This document shows, piece by piece, positions 1 through 11,365 of a stretch of 64,000 bases of DNA. The position numbers were made by a program, and so were the translations under genes. Location: assembly GCA_965644295.1 (NCBI GenBank), contig CBFFRP010000362.1, forward strand, positions 321,217-385,216, in the 5' to 3' direction. The notes below the pieces were generated by a model. It ran no database searches. It saw nothing but the letters and a program-made list of their open reading frames with translations, and was not told the origin of the DNA. Position 1 is the stretch's first letter; each line of letters opens with the position of its first letter. The stretch comes from Paraphysomonas bandaiensis. Lineage: Eukaryota; Protista; Chrysophyceae.

Positions 1-156
1 GTGTCATTATTGGGCTCTGTAAGTAAATCATATGTGGACTCTACAAGCTCATCGATTGCAAACAAGAAAATTAACATCTTCAGCACACATCTGGTGCATT
101 CTCTAATCATTGTGCCTTTATATTGCAACAGTCCATGATAAGATCTTACCAAGAAA

Positions 157-220
157 CTGTCGAAGATGCGAAAGCAAAGGTGCCGAGATGCTCATGTGAC
201 TATTCAAGATACGTTTTTTT
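157..220 (+). promoter_or_regulatory. Histone H1 promoter motifs shared with the H3/H4 promoter
   Basis: GAAGATGC (162-169), CGAGATGCTCA (184-194) and TTCAAGATACGTTTTTTT (203-220) recur at 13671, 13623 (reverse complement) and 13710. Confidence 0.75.
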
Positions 221-332
221 GGTCCAATTCAGTGACCTTTTCAATTTTTTTCAAATCGAAAATAGCCGAACCTCTCCAGTCATAATTAAAGAGATCTTCA
301 TTGAGAGAAATTTCAATAGTTTCATATTCAAA

Positions 333-823
333 ATGACGAAACCTACTTATGGATCCCTCCTTATCGAGGCTATCACCACTCTGAAGGACCGCACTGGTTC
401 ATCCCTCCCTGCTATCAAGTCGTTTATCGCCAAAGAGTATCCTGAATTTAATTTTCAGGCTGTGAGTAGTAACTATAACACTAATGATGATTACCTTACA
501 TATTTTAAATAAAGCACCATCTCCGAGCGGCTATCAAGAAAGCTCTTGCTGCGGGTACGATCGTTCAGGTGAAGGCTTCCTACAAGCTCAGTCCAGCGGC
601 TAAGGCAGCCCCAAAGAAGAAGACTGTTGCTAAGAAAGCAACCCCTCCTGCTGCTTCCACCACTACTGCTAAGCCCAAGGCTGCTGCCAAGAAAACAACT
701 CCCAAGAAAAAGTCCACTCCTAAGAAGAAGGCTTCTCCAAAGAAGGCTGCCCCCAAGGCCAAGGCTGCGCCTAAGAAGAAGGCGACTCCAAAGAAGAAGG
801 CCAAAGCCACCAAGAAGGCTTAA
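333..823 (+). CDS. H1: Histone H1 (linker histone), 2 exons 333-461 and 515-823
   Basis: Globular domain PTYGSLLIEAITTLKDRTGSSLPAIKSFI...HHLRAAIKKALAAGTIVQVKASYKL is restored in frame by removing a 53-nt GTGAGT...AAG intron (462-514). K/A/P-rich tail with TPKK/SPKK motifs. Confidence 0.95.
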
Positions 824-870
824 AATGCTTGAGCAGTAAATTCAGGTCACTACTGACCAATTACACAATC

Positions 871-886
871 GGTGTTTCTTAACACC
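871..886 (+). promoter_or_regulatory. Histone 3' stem-loop (H1)
   Basis: GGTGTT-TCTT-AACACC: 6-bp stem, 4-nt loop, GG/CC base, U-A top pair, 47 nt after the stop codon. Confidence 0.9.
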
Positions 887-1121
887 ACCTCTTTCAGGAA
901 TATTATTTGGTGTGTGCAATTGAGGATGGGCTCTGGAAAAGCGCGTTGATAGTTCCAATGCATTTTTCTATTCTAATATAGCCTCGTATAATTTTGTGTA
1001 CTGTACGTCGTTGTGAATAAGTATATAGTAAACGGGACTAAGAATGAATATTTACGTTGTACAAATAACAAGTACTAGTAATTTAATCTACTGATGTGTT
1101 TACTTGCTGATTAAAGGTACT

Positions 1122-1188
1122 AATATATTGCAATACTATTGTTGGGCCGGTTTAAAAGCGCTATCTAACAATAGTATTGCAATATATT
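1122..1188. repeat. Perfect 22-bp inverted repeat with 23-nt spacer
   Basis: AATATATTGCAATACTATTGTT (1122-1143) and AACAATAGTATTGCAATATATT (1167-1188). Confidence 0.9.
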
Positions 1189-1422
1189 TTCCCCTTACCC
1201 TGTGCGAAACAATGTAGAGCCCAACAGAACGATAGCGATATGATAATCAGAGACTTTGTACGACAAGAACCTGTTTTGTCTGTAAACTCGCAAGTGGTGA
1301 AGAAAAGCTTCCCCACATCCCCAAACTAAAAGTCTCTCAAAGACTTTCTTGAAGCCTTCCTCACAACAATGACCACTTACACTGCTGCTCGCTCTGTCCT
1401 TTGTCCTTGCCAGCATCAAAGG

Positions 1423-1464
1423 AAGCGAATTCTTTCTTTAAACGAGAGTAATAAAGCGTGATGA
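1423..1464 (+). repeat. Short dispersed repeat (second copy 55892-55940)
   Basis: AAGCGAATTCTTTC...GAGAG..ATAAAGCGTGATGA is present in both copies. Confidence 0.6.
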
Positions 1465-2306
1465 ATATCATTAGCACATAATAGAATCATCTATGTAGTA
1501 AATTAAAGACATCAAGCAGTAAATTGTTAAAGACATGGAAGATGAATAATATGGCATTCGTTTAATTTATTATATCATTGTAAGCTTTTCCCGAACGTGT
1601 ATATTAATATATGTCGTACATAAAACAATGGAAACGTTGATTGTATACACTATTAAGATTCACTAATTTTCGTATACGTCTTAACACATATATACTCGTG
1701 AATGCAACATGATACAATGAAAAACTGAATTATCATCAGACTTTATAAGATACATCACTGTACATGATTGGTTCTGATGTCTTGCTGTTCTACTATTAGG
1801 TTTTATTACACGACCGTTCTCATGTAATAATCAGACATTCTTATATATTAGGTTTATTCCTTAGTAGTGAATGTCTAATTATTAGCAATATAGGCGTGTA
1901 AGAGTTAGAGCTGATGTAGCAAAAAAACAATTTAACTCACTAGTGCTTAACTCTGATAACCTACTATTTGGCGCTACGAGAGCTGCTTGTGCGTCACCGA
2001 AAGCACAAAGATGCAACCACTTTCGTTCTCTGTCTTTAAGGTGAACAGCCCGGATGCTTGATTTCAGTAGGCCAATACCACAGATGCCCCTGAGGTGGTC
2101 CCATTCACGGATGCGTGTTTATTGTTTATTCACTTCAATTGTAAAGTAAGTTGTTTCTCACTAACCTATTTTCCAACTCTCTTATATTTGTCACTGTTTT
2201 TAGGCGCAAAAATACGACAAAGCTACCTAAGAGTTCTAGAGTTTCTTCGTAGAATAGAGGTGGTGGTGATACTATATCTTAATTCTTTATAGCAAGATAT
2301 CAAATA

Positions 2307-2409
2307 CCGTAATACCATTAATTGTCATTAATGACACGTTAACGAGTGACAATCATCCCGCAATTGTAATTATAATGCCAATACTATTAATGGTTAGTAC
2401 TTGGCCCTG
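2307..2409 (-). mobile_element. Degenerate end of a hAT-like MITE family (related to 55725-55846)
   Basis: The minus strand begins CAGGGCC...TAACCATTAATAGTATTGGCATTATAATT, matching the left end of the MITE at 55725. Confidence 0.6.
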
Positions 2410-2570
2410 AAATACACTACATGCTCCAGACTGAATTGCTACTACGTAGTTGTACTGTAAAGATAATGTAAAAACAAGTATTGAGTATTGATAAGAAAAT
2501 GACAATTATACAGAATACCACTTCTCATACGCAAACTACAGGTAATATTACAATAACAATATCATATTTA

Positions 2571-5489
2571 CTACGACAAATTACACCCGCATCCCGTAGC
2601 GTTGGAATGTAATAGCTCCTTCTTCTCGGTTAAATCTTCGTGTAGAGTCTTATTTCTATGGCTAAGATACCTCCTACTTAATATGTCTCCACTCATGGTA
2701 TCGAGTTCGATATCACCCTCGACTTGTCCATGGATGAGCCCATGCCGAATCAAGTTCAACGAGAAGTGATAACTCTCACCACCAGTCTCGGCATAGTGCT
2801 ATGAGTATTAACGTCAGTTGAGGGCAATATACTACAGCGACAAATAGAGAAATTCCACGCATTTGTAAAATACATCACCTGAAAAATATCTCCCAAAGCA
2901 ATAACAGCTGTTCCTATTAAATCATCTTCATTGGTTACATCGTAATCCCATACTGTCAAAAAGAAGTGAGCATTTCGGCTTAGTCCGACAATATCATTGG
3001 TTGCAAGTCTGCCATTCATATAAAGCTATAAGATAGAATAAGCTCCACAGAATATTCAACCTAAATTCAATAATATCTGGCCACTGAGGGTTTAAATCGT
3101 GTGTGATGGCTTTAGTTTTCAGTTTCGATTTCCCCACCGAAATTAATATCTAAACAGTGAAGAGTAAAAGCAAATTTAATTCGTTGTCTATCTCACTATC
3201 TAAATCAATATTCTTAGGAACTACTTACATCGGCGGGATCTGCAGACAAGACGAGATACGGGTCACTACCACCTCCAAATAGAACTGAGTCCATTTCCGA
3301 TAAATTCCGAGCCTTAGTTGAACAAAGCGGTTATTTAACTCATCATAGATAATGGCGAAACATCTACCGATAGATTTTTAAGTCGAAACGTCGTGTTCAT
3401 CGTATAACGTAACTGTAAATGATTGCAGTTCGCTACGGAATAGGCCTGAAGTATGGTCAAATGTAAAGATATTTCCCTCGTGCAAACCATGGCACTCAAT
3501 ACACAGGACAACGTAGTATTTACGGCGCACCATTATATCATGTAGCCCATTCGTTGTTTCTAGCGTAAATAATCCAATTACTGGTTTGTGGTCCGATGTA
3601 ATTACTTCTTCACATGAAAAAAATCGATCACACACGAGATTTTCATTGAAAGCTAAATAAACAAAAATAAGTGGATTGATCTTGCGAATTTTAATGAAGC
3701 AAATAAATGATTGTTATAGATATAGATAAAATATGACAATGATAGTGCACCTGGTAAAGAAGTAGAAAGTATCCTATCAGTGAAAGAAGGAAGCCGCTTT
3801 TTGTCATAAAATATGCTGTATTAACGCCATCATTCACACCCACAGTTAACAAAAAATATTGCACCACCTGCAGGTGTATTCAGATGGATTCTCATTCTCC
3901 ATTTCAAGGTTAAAAATTTTGGTTGGTGCATCCACAGCCATCTTGTCTGCAGCCTCCCCAAGTGTCGTAGTAGTTTCAACATCTTCATCTCGTTTTTCAA
4001 TTGCTTTCCCTCTGACGCGCTGTAAGAACCACAATAGTGAGTTAGTCCAAAATTAAACTTAAATATATTTCAATACCTTGAAGGTAGGCGGGAAGGCTGG
4101 TGGGTAGGAAGTATAGCCAACAAGGACACGCTGAGCTTTCCTTTCCCTCGTCAGCTCATCTAGTTCCAACATTTCATCCCTAAACGCATATTGGTTCAGA
4201 AGAACATAGCCATAGCACTTACCACTTCTCCATCGCAATCATTTCATAAAGCAGTTGCATCTCCACCTGGCTGCATATATAGAACATGAATACATAACTA
4301 CCCATACGACAACACATTCACAACCGTTTCTGCTTATCGGCCGGAGGCATAGGCTCATCAATATCTTCATCGTCACTCCCACCTGCGGCAGGGTCAGCCA
4401 CTATTTTTGTGGGCACTTTGGCGCCACTATTAAACTTAGTCACATCGCTTATGCGACGTTTTTCAACAATAAGATCTGCTGGGGTTCTCTTGTCAAACGT
4501 ACACCGGTAGTTCATGTCACCTGCCCACATGCACTACATCAAACAGCAAAGATATATGTACACAATGCGGTGTGACCAAAGCTACGCATATAATATCACA
4601 TCAAAACATACTCAAATCCTGTTTCCATTATATATAATGCAAATATGAGCACACACCCATAAAGATAACATGATGCATTTGATTGGTTGTCATTACGCCC
4701 TCTAGAATCTCTGCGACAGAACTATTTCTCATTGCACACTTATCTGCACCCTCATGAGCAGTCAAGTGACAAGATATAAAAGCAATATTGGTAGAGTCGA
4801 TCGTCATGGACACCCGAAGACCACCCTTATCACAATACAACATCTAACCGCATAGGATAAGTTCGTTATATACGGCTCCATACCTTATTAGGAAACACAT
4901 GAAAGAAGCCCGTGTTTTCAGCAGTTTTCTGTACATTAGATATACGTGACATCAATGAGTTGCGACCAAACACTAATTGCTGCATCTGTGCCCTCTTGTT
5001 ATGAGCGACCTGTACATACATACATACACGTTCATTATATACGGGCTCATCCATATGATAAAAAAACACACACTACCAGAAAAAATTCTTCATCAAAAAT
5101 ATCTTTAATTTCACGTAGAAGTTGCCGTACACACAAACCCTCTGCAGAGTTCTCATCTGCTATATCCACTTCATCTTTTTTTTTTAAAGGAACACTCCAT
5201 GTAGCCTCCTGTAGTCCAAAGGCTACAATGTCATACTGTCCACCTCCAAACGGTATGATACGATCAAAACTTCTTTCTGGAGGGGCATTTCCCATATTCC
5301 AACCTGTATTCACAGTCAGTGAATATATATATGAGCCGGTAGAGACGTACTGATGACCATGATTTTGACGGTTGTGTCGGTACATGAAGGGGACCCTACA
5401 GTGCTCATTCAGATGAATGGACACAACTAGAGAGCAATGGGGATATCACAGAACAGTTTATGGAGATGATATGTACAGGACAGGAGCAT
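2571..5489 (-). CDS. Inositol polyphosphate 5-phosphatase (IPPc) with C-terminal C2 domain and CaaX-like end, multi-exon
   Basis: Motifs across exons: SWNMGNAPP, FGLQE, FISCHLTAHEG, FMGDMNYR, PPAFPPTFK, RLPSFTDRIL, SDHKPV. C2 motifs SDPYLVL, LNPQW, VWDYD...DDLIG. Ends GCGCNLS*. The start at 5489 is tentative. Confidence 0.9.
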
Positions 5490-5666
5490 GCTAAGAGTGT
5501 GTCCGGTGTATATGTATATGGATCTACTGTGCTGGATTTGGTTGTATCAATTTTCACACATCCACAGTGTGTAGCCCGTTATGTTATCCGATATGTACCA
5601 TATCAGAGTCACTTATAACGTGCGGAGTGTAGCCCGTAAATAACCATACAACACAGTGATATACCA

Positions 5667-5798
5667 CCGTATTGGCATCATTTGTATATTTTTGTTCCAA
5701 GATGCCTCTAATATTGAGGCAACAATTATCTGTATTCTATCCGTAGTTGTGTTGCAGTAATATAGACAATATTTGCCTCAATTTGTTTCCGAAAAATA
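5667..5798 (+). repeat. 132-bp dispersed repeat, copy 1 (copy 2 at 61374-61505)
   Basis: Colinear, highly similar sequence CCGTATTGGCATC...GATGCCTCTAATATTGAG...TTTCCGAAAAATA, with internal inverted repeats. Confidence 0.85.
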
Positions 5799-7434
5799 TG
5801 ATGCTGCCTGCCGGGGGGCCGGCCGGAACAAGAACTATCTATGGCCTTCAGCGTATCTTTCAGTCAATAACTATGTCAATGTCGTATATCGTCATCAGAG
5901 ATGTGTAACACTTCTTACGAGACATTCACATAACATCATATGCACTGAGTTGTCATCTTACTCTCTTGGAGATAACGATTCCAGTCTGAGCGAGGACTAC
6001 CATCCTCTACCATATCATGATTTGGCGTAATAGGGTGGTAAAGGCTTGATAAACTGAACGTAATTCACACTCAATACTGTTATTATAAATCATGATCAAT
6101 CTCACTTATTATTCATTTTCATCGCCAAGTTTAGATTATCGCAATTACCAATCATGGCATAGTAGAAATATGGTTGTAATACACGGTTCTTCAAGTCGTT
6201 GGGTTTGAGAATCCGTATGTATTCAAACCATGTCTATGCTATGTCACGTATCAAGGTATTCATACTGATGTAGATAGTATCAATTAGACATTACTCTACC
6301 TTTCAAGTCATTTTAAAGAGCACGATAGTCGCAACTATTTGTGGACATATGACATATCTATAAGTTACAAAGCAATAACGAGCCACTAAGTTGATAGTTT
6401 AGGGTAATCCCACCACTCGGTTGTCACAGGTTCCTACGACAAAGTATGATCATTAATATCGGACCTACCAGCTGTAGTTTATGTGGTAATATGTGAAAAG
6501 ATGAATGAAGAATATATCCCACGTATAAAAACTATGTATGTGCATTCTGCAGTATTAGGATTAATACATGATTGTATCTGTGAGTTATAATGTTCAATGA
6601 AATATACCATGAACTGAATTAGAGAGAGTATCTGTCGAAGATACGTGATCGTCATCATAACGTCGTCATTATCAGTTACACTTCTAACTATTCCGTTATG
6701 CATGATAGCTACGTTCTATATTGTTATTCATAATTTTTACTCTATCGTGGAATGGGTTACCCTCGGGGGTATACGGGGAGTTGAAAGTCTATGTAGCCCC
6801 TATTGATTGAAGATACTCTAAGACTTTTCTTGATACCAGTTCCTTCCCGCCATCCGCATGATAATGTTGTAGTCATATGTAGATACATGACAACTTTCTG
6901 GATGGATTGGATGACGAAATCTTCATATCTCGTTGGTCCGTAGGAGTCCCATTGGTGTCTGGAAGCTACAACTGTCATCCCGAGTATGTAGCGGTTGCCA
7001 GTAATGATTGCCTCTGGTGTATGGGGTCCAGAAAAATCGGCTACTACTAGCTCCCCCAGCTCATTCGCTCTTCTTACACGCTTGAGCAGCATTTGCCTGA
7101 TAGCGTGTCTATGTTTTCAGCGATGAGATTTACCACTAGCACAACCATCAAATAGGCCACCCAGTAAAGAAGTAGCATTCATCTCCGACTTCGTTAACTT
7201 AATACCCGTTACTAATTTTGACTGTACAGCTTTCTGTATGAGTCCAATTGAAGAATATGCCAATCTCTTATGTGCTAGGGTTGCGAGTGGGCCTGAAGCA
7301 GTTGAAGCAAGGTGGGATTCGTCAATAGGGGTACCGAGGTCTGTTAGCGGAATTTCGTATAGGCCTCCAACTCTTACCCTTTGATAGCAGTATTTCATCT
7401 TTATATACCTCAACCGACTCGGATTCGACAACCA

Positions 7435-7758
7435 TGACATGGGTTTACAGTTGGACATATTGAATTTGTCCAGTAGTTTTCTGACATACTGCTCCTGACT
7501 GAGAGTCGTGATATTCTTATCAAAGTCTTGATGGATGGAAATGCCCAAGTAATAATCTAAGAGTCCGACACTGATATCCAACAATTCAAAGACCATTTAT
7601 CCAAAAAGTTCGAAATTACGGATCTCGGTCTCTTAGATTATTACTTGGGCATTTCCATCCATCAAGACTTTGATAAGAATATCACGACTCTCAGTCAGGA
7701 GCAGTATGTCAGAAAACTACTGGACAAATTCAATATGTCCAACTGTAAACCCATGTCA
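7435..7758. repeat. Perfect 129-bp inverted repeat of Copia RT sequence (arms 7435-7563 and 7630-7758)
   Basis: The same peptide LLDYYLGISIHQDFDKNITTLSQEQYVRKLLDKFNMSNCKPMS is encoded on both strands, with a 66-nt spacer. Confidence 0.95.
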
Positions 7759-8449
7759 ACACCTATGTTACTTTCCTTCAACTATGATTTACATGAATAC
7801 AATCATCTTTCAGAGTCAAATCAAAGTTATGTTCAGAATTTCCCCTACAAGGAACTCATAGGTTCTCTGATGTATCTAGCTGTATGCACTCGACCGGATA
7901 TCGCCTATGCAGTCAATACTCTTGCCAGATTTTCTGATATGCCTAATCTAACTACCTGTAATGCTGCGTTACATGTTCTTAGGTATCTCAAAGGCACTGC
8001 TAGGCAAGGATTGATATATTCTAGATCCCACATAGCATTGCCAGGATACTGCGATAGCGATTGGGCACGATGTCACCTACCTCCTTACGAAACCTCTAGG
8101 AGCAAATAACTTCCGCACATTGCGAATTACATTGATGGGGGGAGCTGGGTTCGACATCCCATTCAGCAGCAACAGAAAGCGTTCAACAACCTCAGAGACA
8201 CCTAAATCACATTACCAAGCCACAAGCGACCTAGGTGGCTAGTTTGAGTTACACGGAGTTTTTACCATTTTTTTAAACTTTATTCAATACATGATGCTGG
8301 ACTAGAAGGATGGTCTCACAATATGGCATCTCTGCACTTTGCTTATTATTGACTAGTGACTACTATACTCTGGGTTTTACTCTCAGTGTGTATAAAGTTC
8401 ATATTCTCTCTATTATCTACGGTTCACTGATTATTTCATTGAGGGGGCG

Positions 8450-8673
8450 TATTAGGATTCAGCTTAATACATGATTGTATCTGTGAGTTATAATGTTCAA
8501 TGAAATATACAATGAACTGAATTAGAGAGAGTATCTGTCGAAGATACGTGATCGTCATCACAACGTCGTCATTATCAGTTACACTTCTAACTATTCCGTT
8601 ATGCATGATAGCTACGTTCTATATTGTTATTCATAATTTTCACTCTATCGTGCTCATTACTTACACTCTAATA
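8450..8673 (+). repeat. 3' LTR of the Copia element
   Basis: Follows the polypurine tract. Starts TATTAG, with an inverted CTAATA at 8668-8673 (alternative end ...CAACA at 8682). The 5' copy is truncated at 6749. Confidence 0.8.
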
Positions 8674-9466
8674 ATCACAACATTGTTTTACTATCTATTA
8701 TAAAGATCAATTCTTTATTTGCAGCGATATTTCGTGTGGTCCTGTTGATATATAATATGTATGCGTAATCTGAGTGTTGCACTAATCTGGTATACCTAAT
8801 CTTGTAAATAAGTTTCTGTTATTGTTGACAAGTATATGGGTTCAATCGATAATGAGAAGCATAGTTATATAGTTATAGTAAAGATAGCTTATAGCTACTG
8901 AAGTATCAGACGGTGATGAGTTATGTACGCCACCTTCCACACTTTTGTCAGTAATATCACCATTTAAGGTAGCACTGGTGATGCTCGATACCGTGTTCAA
9001 CTAGCAATACCACAAGCAATATGAGCTTCTGGATGATCTGACCAACACACGTAAAGCAGTATTAAAATAAAATTAATTACTTATAAGTGGTGATATTCTA
9101 CCCAAAGTATTGTTTTTCACTAATAGTCTAGAATCTGACGACTCTAAAATGTCTGGCGAGATACATGACTAAAACTCTATAATAAGGTGGACTGAGGAGT
9201 GCGTGCGTTCCCTCCGATTTCCTCATACTGAATGCAACGAGGAAGAAGAAACAAGATTGCGGCGGACGAAAAAGGTCACGAATTATCATCATATTAATGT
9301 AGATAGCTGCGAGCATATTAATCCTGTGAAGTAACTTCATATTATATTAAAAATTAATGTACGTAATCGTAGAGTTGACCAAGAAAGGAGATCTCTATTG
9401 TTCCCGCATGAGTCAGCTAATTGGGAATAGCGACTAGGGAATATATTAGTGCACAACAAAAATACA

Positions 9467-11365
9467 TCATTTAGATGAATGAATAGGATTATAAGATTGT
9501 TCTCTCTCTCTCTCTTCCAACTTCTGTTGGCGCTCTTGCAAACTAGCCATTGCATTGCACAAAAAAGTAACCTTTTCGTTAATTTCCTTAAGAGATTTCT
9601 CCAGCTCTTGATGCTCCTTTTTGTTGCGTATGGTCAGTAGCTCTGTTCCAATGATGTCACCGTCTTCCCCAGAAGCTGAACGTCGAATTATTATTGGCGT
9701 TTGGCTGGTTTCCTCTTCCTCTTGGGGATGAAGGCGTTCGTATTCACGCTGAAACGAGGCGCCAACAACGCTGATAGGCAAAGCAAGAAGTACAATGCCA
9801 AAATACATAAATATGACTGCAAAAAGTCGACCCAATGGGCTTGTTGGATAGAAATCTGAAAACAAATTTACAGGATGGTTATCAATATTTTACACACTCC
9901 TTCAACAACAATATTACCTCCATATCCCACTGTAGTTGTCGTGACAACTGCCCAATAGCAAGCATGTAAAATTGACTTAAAAGGTGATACCACTTTAGTA
10001 CTATGAAACTCATCCCATCGAATGTATTCACCGTCGGGGTAGTCAGCATTTACTGTGAAGGTTCCAGATTCAAGGTAGTATATCACTGATCCCACACATA
10101 TAACTGCCAGACCAGAGAAAAAAAACATTACACGCACAGCAGGCAGAGCTCGTGTGACTGTCTTAGTGAATAGAGGCACACCAGTGTTCATGCCTCCTAC
10201 ACACAGCGCCGCATTAGATAATTTGAACAACACATGCCATAGTACACATAAATCATTAAAGTGTTGTCAATCTTTACTGATACTACATAAACGAGTTACC
10301 AATAGCACACACAGCACGACAGCATATATACAAACAAGATTGGCATGATCTATTAAATAGCAAACTCTTACCAATTTTAAAAACACGGAAAACTCGAGCT
10401 AGTCTGAATATCCGCACTATAGATACTGATGGTCCACTATCTACAGCGAAAGACACGTACGAAGGAAGTATAGCCACAAGGTCAATGATATTCAGAGGCT
10501 TTGAGGCATACAAATAGAGGGTCTTGTACCATGGGTACACTGGGTCTGGAGCACTGTCAGTTTTACTGAGAGAGGGGTCAAGATGCTTGGGCAGAACCTT
10601 CGCAAGCCTGTCGAAATTTCATATTACAACTATATAAAACTATGTATCGAACCTAGTAGGCATCAAAGGAACCAAAAGTATTCTTACTAAGTAGTCCAGT
10701 GTAAATAATGCCAAACATATAATATCTAGGATAACAAGGCTGACATCTTCCTCAGGTTCGCATATTACAGAGTTTGGGCAGTAATTAGGGTCGTTGTCAC
10801 ATGCAGGGTGCTTACAATTTGACGGCCTGTGTCTATCAGAAGAGTCATTATATCGTCAGCATTAAAAGTGCTAGGTTACTTACTTCAGTCCTGGGCATGT
10901 GGCCATAACGTACACTACACAACTGAGGATGATAACGATAATCATCACTATTGAGTTCAAAACAGCAAATTGACTAGAATAATAAATAAATACGAGTTAA
11001 TTATGCGCTCAGGATTAATCCGTACTAACCAAGATATAGGATCGTCAAATGCAACAAATATACGCTGAAGGAAGCCTAGTTCAAAGGTTTTCTGCAGAGT
11101 ATAATGAACAAACGAGTTCATACGGCGGCTATACTGTACACACCTTCTCACTGGAATCTTCATCACTCCCATTATCACACGTTAGTGATCGAGGCACAAA
11201 GAAAGGCAACGAGTGAAAACGAGTACGAAACGCTCGTGCTCTCTCTGCATATGTGACAGATGCATAGTCTTTAGTGGTTTTAGTATTGCCTGTATTAAGA
11301 GAGCTGTTGGAGCCTCGACGATTCACCTTCTGGGCTCCCCCTGTAGCTGCTATGGAGGAGAACAT
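9467..11365 (-). CDS. Voltage-gated potassium channel (Kv/Shaker-like 6TM), multi-exon
   Basis: S3 NIIDLVAILP, S4 IVRIFRLARVFRVFK, pore YWAVVTTTTVGYG|D, S6 FGIVLLALPISVVG, C-terminal coiled coil. The 5' end is uncertain. Confidence 0.92.

Larger units (their letters stand above)
6553..8673 (+). mobile_element. Rearranged, non-autonomous Ty1/Copia LTR retrotransposon
   Basis: Near-identical direct repeats at 6553-6749 and 8450-8652. Polypurine tract GAGGGGGCG immediately before the second repeat. RT/RNase H fragment on + (YLGISIHQD...YKELIGSLMYLAVCTRPDIAYAV...GYCDSDWA, 7645-8109). Pre-integrase/integrase fragment on - (LAHKRLAY...CASGKSHR, ELVVADFSGP). Confidence 0.9.

Noticed and set aside
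1896-1985. TGTAAG start and TGGCGC PBS-like motif suggesting an LTR
   Set aside because: No partner LTR, no target site duplication and no pol homology nearby.
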